Below, in pieces: positions 13,343 through 22,719 of a stretch of DNA of 24,396 bases. Each line of letters begins with the position of its first letter. The stretch's first letter is position 1. Source of the stretch: a virus. Taxonomy: Duplodnaviria > Caudoviricetes. The position numbers and the translations under genes are program-made. The DNA lies in the IMG/VR virus record IMGVR_UViG_3300009146_000037, positions 1-24,396 of that record; one strand, given 5' to 3'. The notes beneath the pieces were generated by a model that saw nothing but the letters and a program-made list of their open reading frames with translations, did not search any database and was not told the DNA's origin.

Positions 13343-14227
13343 ATGCCCAAAAAACCCATTCCTGTTGCCGTGCCGGACGACCTCGCCGCCATGCTGGAGC
13401 TGACCGCCATCAAGCCTGGCGAGTATCCGCACAAGCAGGATGTTGTCCTGGAAGACCCACCCCGCCTGCCGGATAACGACGTCCCCGACCGCCAGCCGAT
13501 GCCGGAGCGCGATCCCCGCGACCCGGTTCCCCAGGAGGACCCCGACAACCCGCCGCCGACAAACGGCGACCCTGATGAGGATTCCAGCCAGATCGGCGAC
13601 GTCCCAGAGTCTGACGAAGAGTCTGAGTCTGACGAAGAGTCTGAACCCGAAGCTGCGGAAAATGAGGAGGATGACGAGCACAAAACCCACGACGAGCCGG
13701 AGCCTGACGACGAGGAGGATGAGGATATTCCACCAAACCCCGACAGGTCTGCCGAAGACCCGACGATCATCACCCCTTCCCCCGGTGCCGCCCCTCCTGC
13801 CGCCCTTGGCCCCAGCTCTTCCGTTCGTGACGTCGACCGGCCTTCGGCCGGCGTTCGCTACGAAAGCCGTATCCAGATTCTCGACGCCTTCCAGTACCCC
13901 GGCAGCCTCAAGAATGCCCCCGACTGGGTCGATCGCAACTGGACCGCCTATGCCGCCGATTATGATCCTCTGAGGGAAATCGACCCCGGCCCCTGCCTGC
14001 GCGTCCCCTTGTCCAGTGGCCTCATCGCCATTTGCCGTGTCGGTGATTTTGTCTGCCGTCAGAGCGTGACCCTGGCGCCTGGCCTGCCCAGTGATGTCCG
14101 CATCGAGGTCTGGGACCGGACGCAGTTCGAAAAGCTGTTCGTCCCCACCCCGCAGCTCCCCCAGGGGGGTCAGCGGGTACCGGATTTCAGACTGCCGGGT
14201 AACGGCGACCAGCTGTTGTTCGCATGA
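13343..14227 (+). CDS. protein with long acidic/Pro-rich disordered N-terminus and a C-terminal phage domain (PGDYG-like)
   Basis: DEESESDEESEPE... low-complexity region; C-terminus YESRIQILDAFQY...PDWV...VGDFVCR...QFEKLFVP resembles a widespread phage domain. GTG 13334 is an alternative start. Confidence 0.65.
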   Translation: MPKKPIPVAVPDDLAAMLELTAIKPGEYPHKQDVVLEDPPRLPDNDVPDRQPMPERDPRDPVPQEDPDNPPPTNGDPDEDSSQIGDVPESDEESESDEESEPEAAENEEDDEHKTHDEPEPDDEEDEDIPPNPDRSAEDPTIITPSPGAAPPAALGPSSSVRDVDRPSAGVRYESRIQILDAFQYPGSLKNAPDWVDRNWTAYAADYDPLREIDPGPCLRVPLSSGLIAICRVGDFVCRQSVTLAPGLPSDVRIEVWDRTQFEKLFVPTPQLPQGGQRVPDFRLPGNGDQLLFA

Positions 14228-14619
14228 AGATGCCACCCAAATCCGCCTCGATAGAGGAGGCCAGGGAGCGCCTGCACCAGGAGATCGCCAAATTCGAGGC
14301 CATGGCGCTCGGCTACACCAACGATCTTGCCACCTCCGGCATTGCCGACCAGCGCTGGTGCGCCATCGCCAGGACGCATCTGGAGGAAGGCGCCATGGCG
14401 TTGCACCGGGCAATCCGCGATTATCCCGGCAATGACCCTAACCAGTACGGCAAAGTGCCGCTGGACAAACCCTTGCCAAGAGAATTTACCCCACCGCCTG
14501 CTGGTGATTTCCAGGAAACTGGAAATCGCAAGATCGGCGAACAGCGCAAGGTCGACTGGAAAGACTATTCGGCCGGCGAAAAACTTGACCCGCCCGATCG
14601 GCCGGAGCCTGAGGACTAG
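14224..14619 (+). CDS. Acb2/Tad1-like helical hairpin protein (candidate anti-defence nucleotide sponge)
   Basis: DQRWCAIARTHLEEGAMALHRAI resembles the recalled C-terminal helix of Acb2 ([21 protein letters not shown]) and Tad1 (RENACALTHVEEALMW). Confidence 0.6.
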   Translation: MKMPPKSASIEEARERLHQEIAKFEAMALGYTNDLATSGIADQRWCAIARTHLEEGAMALHRAIRDYPGNDPNQYGKVPLDKPLPREFTPPPAGDFQETGNRKIGEQRKVDWKDYSAGEKLDPPDRPEPED

Positions 14620-16007
14620 GTCCAGCCTGCCGCGCTAACCCGCGACGGCGGCTTTTTGGCGGATTTCGGCCTGATGCGCCTGGCGATGCGCTCCACCAGG
14701 CCGGAATTGGTGGTCAGCGCCACATACTGCAGGCAGTCTGCAACGTCTGACCATGGGTGGGTCTTGTCGGGCAGCGGCCTGGTCTGGCCGGCCTTGGTCT
14801 TGCCGAAACGGTAGGCGCCGCCCAGCGCCCTGACCAGCGACGGGCATCGGCCGCGATCGACAAGGATGGCGGCAGACCCATCTCGCTGCTGGTACAGCAG
14901 GCTCTCCACCGCCGCCAGCCGCGGGTCGATGGCGTTGGTCGGCGCCGGGAACGCCGGCACCCCCAGCCGTCGCAGCACGTCGAACGAATCTTCCTCCAGG
15001 AAATTCCCCTTCGACACCCCCGAGGGGTCACCGACCGCGGCAAACATGAACCCCTGGTAACGGCTGGCGAACAATGCCGGCTTTAGCGAACGCGTCACAT
15101 GCGTTTCCAGGCCGATGTCCTCGGCCAGGACTTCCTCCAGCACCAAGAGGCGTCCGCGGTAATCCACCTGGCAGATCAGTGAACAGGGATTTCTTCCGAA
15201 ATCCTGCCCCACCAGCAGCGATCGTCCCATCACCGGCTCCAGTCCCTCCACCGTGTGGAAACTTCTGCGGTAAGATTCCCGGAACACCGCCGTGCCCGAC
15301 GGGTCTTCGCCGTATTCGCACTCGATGTAACGTCGTCTCCAGTCGGCATTCGGATTGAGAGCCAGACGCTGGTAATAGCCTGCCGGCAGGTTTTCGAGAT
15401 TTTCAGCTTCTGGCGACAGGCCAGACGGCTGCCGGAACAATTGCCAGTCGGCCGGCATCTCCTCCTCGAACATTTTCCACCAGTCGGAGCCTTCGACCGG
15501 CGCGTTGGTGTCGGCGATGATGCCGTGCCAGCTCGGCCCGCCGTCGGCCTGGCTGGGGAAACGGCCGCAGCGGCCGGCAATCGCCGAGACAAGATCGACC
15601 GAAAGCTCGATCGCCTCGTTGATCATCGCCGCCGTCAGCTGCATCGACAGCAGACGTTTCTGGTCTTCCTCCTCTTCGAGGGGGATCAGGTAGATTTCAC
15701 ACACCACATCGTTGAATTCGAGCGTCACCAGCTGATCGGTGACCTTGTAGGTTGCAATCTGGCGAAACCACGCCAGGAGGTCCAGCAGCACTGACATTTT
15801 CAGCTGGCTGAGCGTGGTCCGCACGATCGCCCAGCGGGTGCGGCGGATGCCGTCCGGTCCAGGCGCCTGCTCGATCGCCCGGCGCAGGATTTCAATGATG
15901 CAGGCGGTCGTCTTGCCGGAGCCGACCGGTCCCATCAGCACCCGCAGGAAGGCCTGCGACTGCATGAAGGCCGCTGCCGTCGGGGTTGCCTGGTAGTTAA
16001 TCGACAT
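14616..16007 (-). CDS. terL: terminase large subunit
   Basis: Walker A GPVGSGKT, Walker B variant AMINEA, coupling motif DTN, RNase H nuclease GQDFG...GDP...SDVADCLQY. Confidence 0.93.
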   Translation of the reverse strand: MSINYQATPTAAAFMQSQAFLRVLMGPVGSGKTTACIIEILRRAIEQAPGPDGIRRTRWAIVRTTLSQLKMSVLLDLLAWFRQIATYKVTDQLVTLEFNDVVCEIYLIPLEEEEDQKRLLSMQLTAAMINEAIELSVDLVSAIAGRCGRFPSQADGGPSWHGIIADTNAPVEGSDWWKMFEEEMPADWQLFRQPSGLSPEAENLENLPAGYYQRLALNPNADWRRRYIECEYGEDPSGTAVFRESYRRSFHTVEGLEPVMGRSLLVGQDFGRNPCSLICQVDYRGRLLVLEEVLAEDIGLETHVTRSLKPALFASRYQGFMFAAVGDPSGVSKGNFLEEDSFDVLRRLGVPAFPAPTNAIDPRLAAVESLLYQQRDGSAAILVDRGRCPSLVRALGGAYRFGKTKAGQTRPLPDKTHPWSDVADCLQYVALTTNSGLVERIARRIRPKSAKKPPSRVSAAGWT

Positions 16008-16467
16008 CCGGGATCACGCCGTCGATGATTTTCGGGGTCACATCGACATGCTTCACCGTCTCGCCGATCTGGATGTTGATCGAGAACGCCTGGCCGGCGC
16101 TCATCCCGTCGCGGGCGCCATCCAGTTCGCCCAGCCGGGCCAGGAACTTGCCGGCCTCGACGCGCTGCACCAAAGGGATGGTGGGGTCGGAGATTTCCCG
16201 CACGAAGGTCTCAAGTTCGGACTCCAGCCCGGTCGCCGCCTTGATCTTCACCCGTTCGCGGGTATTGGTGGCCGACTGCCATTCGCGGGTCAGTTGCGCC
16301 ACCTGGTGCTGGAACAGCGGGTTGCCGGAAATCTTCGTCCACTCGTCATTGGTCAGCTGGTGCAGTTTGAGAATGTCCGGCAGGTCGAGGATGTCCATCG
16401 CGATTTCGCGCGCCAAAGCGGCGAAATTCACTGCAAAAACCTCTGAACGGCTGACCTCTGTTGTCAT
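15997..16467 (-). CDS. terS: probable terminase small subunit
   Basis: About 156 aa, helical, with N-terminal HTH-like segment and C-terminal beta strand (FSINIQIG); immediately upstream of and overlapping terL. AAGGGG RBS favours ATG 16467 over 16473. Confidence 0.65.
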   Translation of the reverse strand: MTTEVSRSEVFAVNFAALAREIAMDILDLPDILKLHQLTNDEWTKISGNPLFQHQVAQLTREWQSATNTRERVKIKAATGLESELETFVREISDPTIPLVQRVEAGKFLARLGELDGARDGMSAGQAFSINIQIGETVKHVDVTPKIIDGVIPDVD

Positions 16468-16514
16468 CTGCATCCCCTTGGGTGTATTGGCGAAAGACCG
16501 AGGGAAGCTGAGTT

Positions 16515-18611
16515 ATGGCGGCAGGACTGCGACTTGTCACGCCCGAAGGGCTGCAGAGCCAGGAGGCAGAGGCAGCCAGGAAGGCGGTGATCGCCGAAGA
16601 TGAAGCCTCGTCGACGCTGACTTCCAACCTGGTCGCCTTCATCGACACCGAATTCGAGACGTTTGTACGCCATCGCGATGGCGCCAGCGGCTGGACCGAC
16701 CGGCTGACCGCCGCGATGCGGACATTTCACGGCCAGTACGACAGCCAGAAACTGTCGGAAATCCGACGTTTCGGCGGCTCGGAAATCTATGCCCGCCTCA
16801 TTGCCACCAAATGCCGCGGCGCCACAAGCCTGCTCCGTGACGTCTACCTCAACACCGAAAAACCCTGGGGACTGGAGGCCACCCCCGACCCCAAACTGCC
16901 CGACGACATGTTCGCCGCGGTGCAGGAGCTGATCCAGGCCGAGGTCGGCAACATGGTGCGGCTGGGCGAACAGCCGGCGCCGGCCGAAATCCGCGACCGC
17001 GTGCAGGGGCTGATGGCGGCCGCCTCGCGGGCGGCGATCAAGAAGGCCCGGCTGGAAAGCGAGGTGGCATTCCGCAAGCTGGACGACCTTTTGGTCGAGG
17101 GGCTGTTTTACGAAGCGCTGGCCGAGATGCTGGTCGATATCCCGCTGTTCCCGTTCGGCTGCATCAAGGGGCCGATCGTCAGGATCACCCCCGACATCAC
17201 ATGGGTCGAAGGCGCTGCGCAGGTCACCGACCGCCCCAGGATGTTCTGGAACCGGGTGTCGCCGTTCGATGTCTGGTGGACGCCCGGCGTCTCCAACATC
17301 GCCGACGCCGCGGTGATCGAGCGCTCCAGGCTGGCGCGCTCCGATCTCAACGAGCTGATCGGGCTGCCCGGCTATAACCAGCAGGCGATCCGCGAAATCC
17401 TCAAATGGTACGGCCGCTCCGGCTATGTCGAGGCCAACGCCTCGTCGGCGGATAGCTCCAGGGCGGTGATGGAATCGCGGGAAGACCCACGGATGAACCA
17501 GTCCGGCATGCTGGATATGCTGGAATATCACGGCTATGTGCAGGGCGAGATGCTGCTGGATTACGGCTTCACCGCCGCCCAGGTGCCGGACCCGATGCGG
17601 GATTATTTCGTCGATGCGTTCAAGATCGGAAGATACATTCTCAAGGTACAGCTCTCTCCAAGCCTTAGGAAGCGGCCCCCCTACTACGTCACAAGTTTCG
17701 AGAAGGTGCCAGGCACCGTCGTCGGCAACGCCCTCCCAGACATACTTGAGGATATCCAGGATGCCACGAACGCTGCCTTACGCAGCCTCATCAACAACAT
17801 GTCTATCGCTTCTGGGCCTCAGGTGGTGGTGAATGACGACCGCGTCGCTGAAAACGAGAACGGCGACGATCTCTACCCGTGGAAGCGCTGGCATGTAGAG
17901 ACCGACCCGCTGGGCGCCAACAACGGCCAGATGCCGATTACCTTTTTCCAGCCCAATTCGAATGCCCAGGAGCTGCTCGGCGTTTATGAAAAATTCACCC
18001 AGATCGCCGACGAACTCTCCGCGATCCCCCGTTACATTACTGGTTCGGAGCGGCTTGGCGGTGCTGGCCGTACAGCTTCTGGTCTTGCTATGCTTATGGG
18101 CAACGCAGCCAAAATCCTTCAGACAGTGGCTGCGAACATCGACAACGACGTCATCGAGCCTGCCGTCAGCGCGCTGTACGATATGGTCATGCTTACCGAC
18201 CAGACCGGCATGCTCCGAGGCGACGAGAACATTGTGGTCCTCGGAGTCAATGTGGCGATGCAACGCGAGACACAGCGGCAGCGGCAGCTAGAGTTCCTGC
18301 AGATCACCGCCAACCCGATCGACAGCCAGATCATGGGGGTGCGTGGCCGCGCCAACGTGCTCAGGGAAGTGTCGAACGGCATCGGCATGCCAGGCGAGGA
18401 CATCGTGCCGCCCGACGAGGAGATCAAGGCGCAGATGGGTGGCGGGCCTTCCGGGCCTGGCGGGCCGCCCCCCGGAGGCGGCCCTGCGGCGCCTGGCGGA
18501 CCGCCTGGTGCACCGCCTGGCGCTCCGCAGGGTCCGCAGACCAACGTGGTTGGCTCGACGCCGGGAGCCGGACCAGGTACACCCCCCAATCCGGCCCAGG
18601 GACCAGCATAG
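16515..18611 (+). CDS. portal protein
   Basis: 698 aa, first gene of the head module; DIQDATNAALRSLINN, RTASGLAMLM are typical of podovirus/P22-like portals; Gly/Pro-rich tail. Confidence 0.88.
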   Translation: MAAGLRLVTPEGLQSQEAEAARKAVIAEDEASSTLTSNLVAFIDTEFETFVRHRDGASGWTDRLTAAMRTFHGQYDSQKLSEIRRFGGSEIYARLIATKCRGATSLLRDVYLNTEKPWGLEATPDPKLPDDMFAAVQELIQAEVGNMVRLGEQPAPAEIRDRVQGLMAAASRAAIKKARLESEVAFRKLDDLLVEGLFYEALAEMLVDIPLFPFGCIKGPIVRITPDITWVEGAAQVTDRPRMFWNRVSPFDVWWTPGVSNIADAAVIERSRLARSDLNELIGLPGYNQQAIREILKWYGRSGYVEANASSADSSRAVMESREDPRMNQSGMLDMLEYHGYVQGEMLLDYGFTAAQVPDPMRDYFVDAFKIGRYILKVQLSPSLRKRPPYYVTSFEKVPGTVVGNALPDILEDIQDATNAALRSLINNMSIASGPQVVVNDDRVAENENGDDLYPWKRWHVETDPLGANNGQMPITFFQPNSNAQELLGVYEKFTQIADELSAIPRYITGSERLGGAGRTASGLAMLMGNAAKILQTVAANIDNDVIEPAVSALYDMVMLTDQTGMLRGDENIVVLGVNVAMQRETQRQRQLEFLQITANPIDSQIMGVRGRANVLREVSNGIGMPGEDIVPPDEEIKAQMGGGPSGPGGPPPGGGPAAPGGPPGAPPGAPQGPQTNVVGSTPGAGPGTPPNPAQGPA

Positions 18612-18620
18612 GAGAACGCC

Positions 18621-18851
18621 ATGCCGTCCAAGACCTCGAAGTCCAAGCCTGCCGGCAAACAGAAAATCCAGGCTGGCCCGTCCGGAAAGATGCACAAATT
18701 CTCCGGTGTCGGCGCGCAGGCCCCCGGCGTTAGCGCGACCACCAAGCATTCCGGCAAGGGCGCTGCCTTCCCGTCTGGCGGGCCGAGCGGCAAGATGCAG
18801 AAATTTTCCGCGGTGAAGGCGCAGAAACCTGGCCGGTCGAGCCAGAGCTGA
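18621..18851 (+). CDS. small basic Gly/Lys-rich protein with an internal repeat
   Basis: GPSGKMHKFSGVGAQAPG / GPSGKMQKFSAVKAQKPG; AGGAG RBS. Confidence 0.75.
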   Translation: MPSKTSKSKPAGKQKIQAGPSGKMHKFSGVGAQAPGVSATTKHSGKGAAFPSGGPSGKMQKFSAVKAQKPGRSSQS

Positions 18852-18854
18852 CCC

Positions 18855-19169
18855 ATGGCCCGTGCACCCAGAGCCTCGGTCTCGAAGACCTCGGGCCAGG
18901 GAATTTCCCGGCTTGCCTACCAGAAGGGCTACGCCATGAAGGGCGGCGCCTCCTCGGGTCTGTCTTCGAAATTCTCCAAGGGCGAACAGCGCGACTATTC
19001 GAAGAAGGGCGGCAAGGCCAGGCCGATCGACGCCGAGGGGATCAACATCTCCTACGGCGGCACCTATGAGCCGACCGATCTCGGCGACATCGAGGCGCTC
19101 GGCGAGCGCCAGGTGCCGAAGACCAAGGTCGGATTGCAGCACCAGGGGTCGAAGAAGTGGCGAAAGTAG
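18855..19169 (+). CDS. small basic hypothetical protein
   Basis: 104 aa, K/G/S-rich, tightly packed in the operon. Confidence 0.7.
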   Translation: MARAPRASVSKTSGQGISRLAYQKGYAMKGGASSGLSSKFSKGEQRDYSKKGGKARPIDAEGINISYGGTYEPTDLGDIEALGERQVPKTKVGLQHQGSKKWRK

Positions 19170-19327
19170 GCAAGAAGTCGCGCCAGTTGCCGAAACGCGG
19201 CGGTCTCAATGACCTCGGTAAGTCCGGCCGCACCATTGGCGATTACGCCAAGGCGACGCCAATTGTACCCACTGAGCCGAACCCGGCCGAGATCAGAATC
19301 CTGTCGGCCCCGAAAGGCAGACGCTGA
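19157..19327 (+). CDS. small basic hypothetical protein (56 aa)
   Basis: Manual from GTG 19157: MAKVGKKSRQLPKRGGLNDLGKSGRTIGDYAKATPIVPTEPNPAEIRILSAPKGRR; TGATG overlap with the next gene. Confidence 0.6.
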   Translation: MAKVGKKSRQLPKRGGLNDLGKSGRTIGDYAKATPIVPTEPNPAEIRILSAPKGRR

Positions 19328-19566
19328 TGGTCGCCAATACCCGGCTGGTCTATGCCGCCATGCGGCTGCGAGGCGAGGCGCCGGAGGCCTGGGACGAGAT
19401 GGTGGCGGCAGTGCGCGAATACGCCGCCGCGACGACCTCCGAGATGGTCAAATGCCCGGTCGAGCTGCTGATGCGGGCGCAAGGCATGTCGCTCGCCGCC
19501 AATGATCTCGCCACGACGTTCATGAACGCCCCGAAACTTTACGAGAAGATGCGCACCAATGGCTAA
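19327..19566 (+). CDS. small helical head-module protein
   Basis: 79 aa with LMRAQG motif, directly before the scaffold gene. Confidence 0.7.
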   Translation: MVANTRLVYAAMRLRGEAPEAWDEMVAAVREYAAATTSEMVKCPVELLMRAQGMSLAANDLATTFMNAPKLYEKMRTNG

Positions 19567-20590
19567 GAAACCAGAAGCGACACCGGTCGACTACACGCCG
19601 AAGCCGCCAAGACAGGTCCAGGATCAGATCGCCGAAGCTGAAAAAGTGCGCGAACAGATGGCGATCCCGACAGATTCCCCGCCGCCAGAGGAAGCGCCTC
19701 CGACGACGGAGACTCCTCCTCAGCCGGAGGGGGTCACGGCGGAAGCTCCCCTCACTGCTCAACCGCCGCAGCCGGCTGGGGAGGAGCAGAGCTGGGAGCA
19801 GCGGGCACGCTCGGCACAGGGGCGTTACGAGACGCTGCTGAGGAACTACCAGCAGCAGGGCGAGCGCATCAACGAGCTGGAGAAGCTGGTCTCGACGATG
19901 CGCATCAAGGGCGCCGAAGAGGAGCGCCCGGACGCCGCGGTGCCGAAGGTGCGGCCGAAATTCGTCACCCCGGAAGAAGCGACGGAGTATGGCGACGAGC
20001 TGCTGACGGTGATCGGCAAGCGCGCCAAGGAGGAATATGCGCCGGAGTTCGAGGAGCTGGCGGAGCGTCTGAAGCGCCTGGAGGGACGTGTTGACGGGGT
20101 CGGCACGGTGATCGAGAAAACCCAGGTCAACGACGTTTATTCGAGCCTTAACAGTACCATACCGGAGTGGAAGCAGGTCAACCGGTCGGACGAATTCAAG
20201 GCGTGGCTGGCGCTGCCCGACCCGTATTCCGGCCGCATCCGGCACGACATGCTGCAGGAAGCCTTCTCTAGACACGAAGGAAATCGGGTCGTATCGTTTT
20301 TCCGGGGATTTTTGACTGAGGCTGTCGGCCTCCCGCCAGATTCCCAGGCAAGCGAGCCGACCCCGTCTAACGGCACCACCGGCAAGCCATCCCTGGAAGA
20401 TTTCGCGGCACCCGGCAGAGCCAGGTCGGCGCCGCAGAACCTGCCGCCCGATAAGCCCATCTACACAGCCGCCTGGATTGCGAAGTTCACGGCAGACAAG
20501 ATCGCGGGCAAGTATCGGGGCCGAGAGGCCGACGCGGACGCCATCGAGCAGGACATCTACCGCGCACAGCATGAAGGGCGAATCCAGTAA
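19559..20590 (+). CDS. capsid scaffolding protein
   Basis: Acidic Pro-rich N-terminus, coiled coils, ends AQHEGRIQ; immediately upstream of the capsid gene. Confidence 0.78.
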   Translation: MAKKPEATPVDYTPKPPRQVQDQIAEAEKVREQMAIPTDSPPPEEAPPTTETPPQPEGVTAEAPLTAQPPQPAGEEQSWEQRARSAQGRYETLLRNYQQQGERINELEKLVSTMRIKGAEEERPDAAVPKVRPKFVTPEEATEYGDELLTVIGKRAKEEYAPEFEELAERLKRLEGRVDGVGTVIEKTQVNDVYSSLNSTIPEWKQVNRSDEFKAWLALPDPYSGRIRHDMLQEAFSRHEGNRVVSFFRGFLTEAVGLPPDSQASEPTPSNGTTGKPSLEDFAAPGRARSAPQNLPPDKPIYTAAWIAKFTADKIAGKYRGREADADAIEQDIYRAQHEGRIQ

Positions 20591-20613
20591 CGCTTCTCTG
20601 AGCGAGGTTCGCC

Positions 20614-21609
20614 ATGGCATTTCCTGTAGCAGGTGCGGGGACCACCCCGCCTATCTATCCGACTGGTTCAGCAACACCCACACCAGCCTACTCCGGCACC
20701 TTCATCCCGGTGCTGTGGTCGACGAAGCTGATCGAAAAATTCTATGCGTCGACCGTGCTGGCAGCGATCAGCAACACCGACTACGAGGGGGAGATCAAGA
20801 ACAAGGGCGACAAGGTGATCATTCGGACCAAACCGACGATCACCATCAAGGATTATCGCTCTGACGGTCTCCTGGAAGTCGAACGGCCTTCGTCGAATAT
20901 CGTCGAATTGCCGATCGACAAAGGCAAGTATTTCAACCTCATCCTTGACGACGTCATGGAGGTCCAGGCGGACCTCAACATGATGAACATGTGGTCGGAC
21001 GACGCTGCCCAGCAGTTCAAGATCGTCGTCGATACCGAGGTGCTGAAAGGCCTTCTCGGCACCGCCGATACCTGGAACAGGGGTACAACGGCTGGCGCCA
21101 TTTCCAAGAACGTCAATCTGGGTGTCACCGGAACGCCGCTGCAGGTCGTCGCTCGCAACCCGGCCGGCACTGCTGGCAAGGTTGAGATCGTCGATCTGCT
21201 GGTGCGTCTGGGGCAGGTGCTCGACGAGCAGAACATTCCGGAGACCGGCCGCTGGGTCGTGCTGCCGGCGTGGATTTCCTCGCAGATCAAGATGTCAGAA
21301 CTCCGGGATGCCTCCCTGACCGGCGATTCGGTGTCGATCTTGAGGAACGGCAGACTGGGCATGGTCGATCGTTTCACGATCTACGTGTCCAATCTGCTGC
21401 CGTCCGGCACTGCCGCTGGCCTGGCCGCCGGTGAATGGGTGGTCTATGCCGGCACCCAGCATGGGTTGACCTTCGCGTCGCAGATCAACAAGGTCGAGAC
21501 GCTGCGCTCCGAAATGACATTCGGCACGCTGCTCCGCGGCCTCCAGGTCTATGGCTACAAGGTGCTCGACGGAAAGGCACTGGCACAGGCAATCGTCACG
21601 CCGGGGTGA
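20614..21609 (+). CDS. major capsid protein (HK97 fold, P22-coat-like)
   Basis: FIPVLWSTKLIEKFY...NTDYEGEIKNKGDKVII...RNGRLGMVDRFTIYVSNLLP...RGLQVYGYKV; GAGGT RBS. Confidence 0.92.
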   Translation: MAFPVAGAGTTPPIYPTGSATPTPAYSGTFIPVLWSTKLIEKFYASTVLAAISNTDYEGEIKNKGDKVIIRTKPTITIKDYRSDGLLEVERPSSNIVELPIDKGKYFNLILDDVMEVQADLNMMNMWSDDAAQQFKIVVDTEVLKGLLGTADTWNRGTTAGAISKNVNLGVTGTPLQVVARNPAGTAGKVEIVDLLVRLGQVLDEQNIPETGRWVVLPAWISSQIKMSELRDASLTGDSVSILRNGRLGMVDRFTIYVSNLLPSGTAAGLAAGEWVVYAGTQHGLTFASQINKVETLRSEMTFGTLLRGLQVYGYKVLDGKALAQAIVTPG

Positions 21610-21612
21610 GCC

Positions 21613-21972
21613 ATGGCTGCACTGGAAACTGTAGGGCAGTACATCGAGGAATCGCGACGTCTCCTGCAGGATGAGTATCCGCCGTACCGCTACCCCGATG
21701 ATGATATGGTGGACGCACTCAATCTCGGCCTGCTGGAGGCGAAGCGGCTCAGGGCCGATCTGTTTTTGCCATTGTTCGAGGTGTCGTGGGTTGACCCCGT
21801 CGGCACCATCGACACGGCAGCACCGGTGACGCTTGATCCGATGTACAGGTCGGCCCTGGTCTATTACGTCGTCGGCCGCATGCAGCTGAGGGACGACGAG
21901 CCGACCGTTGACAGCCGGGCTGGTGCGTTGCTGCAGAAATTCGCTGCGCAGCTGCTGAGCGTACAGGGGTGA
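21613..21972 (+). CDS. putative head-tail adaptor protein
   Basis: RRLLQD...RYPDDDMVDALN...ALVYYV pattern; directly after the capsid gene. Confidence 0.65.
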   Translation: MAALETVGQYIEESRRLLQDEYPPYRYPDDDMVDALNLGLLEAKRLRADLFLPLFEVSWVDPVGTIDTAAPVTLDPMYRSALVYYVVGRMQLRDDEPTVDSRAGALLQKFAAQLLSVQG

Positions 21973-21975
21973 GCG

Positions 21976-22719
21976 ATGGCCGAGACAACCACCTGCAGTC
22001 CGATCGATCGCCTGATGCAGACACTGAAGGTGCATGTTCCAGGCGTCACCGATCCGCTGCTGCAGCTGGAAATCTTTAATGTCATCGACGAATTCCTGCG
22101 CCGCACTTCGGCCTGGCGTTACCGTACCGACATCACACTGGAGGTGAATGTCGCCGAATATTTTCTGGCGACTCCGGCTGATGCGGAGGTGGTGCGGGCA
22201 ATGGGCGTCGTTCACAACGGGCTGCCGCTGACCGGTCGGGCGGTTGGCGGCACCGGCTCCGCCTACATCCAGTCGTCGCTGGGTGAATTGCTACCGGAGC
22301 AGACCTTCCCCGACGGCGATGCGTCGTACCTGCCGGCGATCAGCGATATCCAACCGACCGGCATGTTCACCTATGCTATCTACCGGCCCAACTACATTTC
22401 GGTGGCTGGGCTGCCAGATGTCGAGGCGGTGAAATATCCGCTGCAGGTCGACCTGGCATTGACCATTGCAGCCGGCTGTGTCGAATGTGACTGCGGGGAC
22501 TGGATGCTGCCCGACTGGATGTATCCGATGTTCTTCCAGGACTGGCTCGATGGCACACTCGGGCGCCTGTACGGCATGCCTGCAAAGCCATGGGCGTCGC
22601 CGACCATTGCCGCCTACCATGCCAAGCGGTTTCGCAACAGAATGGCGTTTCGCAAGCAGGAAGCGATCCGCGGCTACGCTTATGGGGTTCCGGGGTGGCG
22701 GTTCCCAAGGAGCTGGTAA
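21976..22719 (+). CDS. putative head-tail connector / tail tubular protein
   Basis: HVPG...EFLRRTSAW...GTLGRLYGMPAKPWAS; position in the morphogenesis operon. Confidence 0.6.
   Translation: MAETTTCSPIDRLMQTLKVHVPGVTDPLLQLEIFNVIDEFLRRTSAWRYRTDITLEVNVAEYFLATPADAEVVRAMGVVHNGLPLTGRAVGGTGSAYIQSSLGELLPEQTFPDGDASYLPAISDIQPTGMFTYAIYRPNYISVAGLPDVEAVKYPLQVDLALTIAAGCVECDCGDWMLPDWMYPMFFQDWLDGTLGRLYGMPAKPWASPTIAAYHAKRFRNRMAFRKQEAIRGYAYGVPGWRFPRSW

Noticed and set aside
17620-18130. Patches of AT-richer codon use within the portal gene (possible intron, intein or overlapping gene)
   Set aside because: The reading frame is continuous and portal-like with no intein or splice motifs; not quantifiable by eye.
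18438-18608. Gly/Pro repeats at the portal C-terminus as collagen or a separate element
   Set aside because: No sustained Gly-X-Y register; ordinary disordered portal tail.
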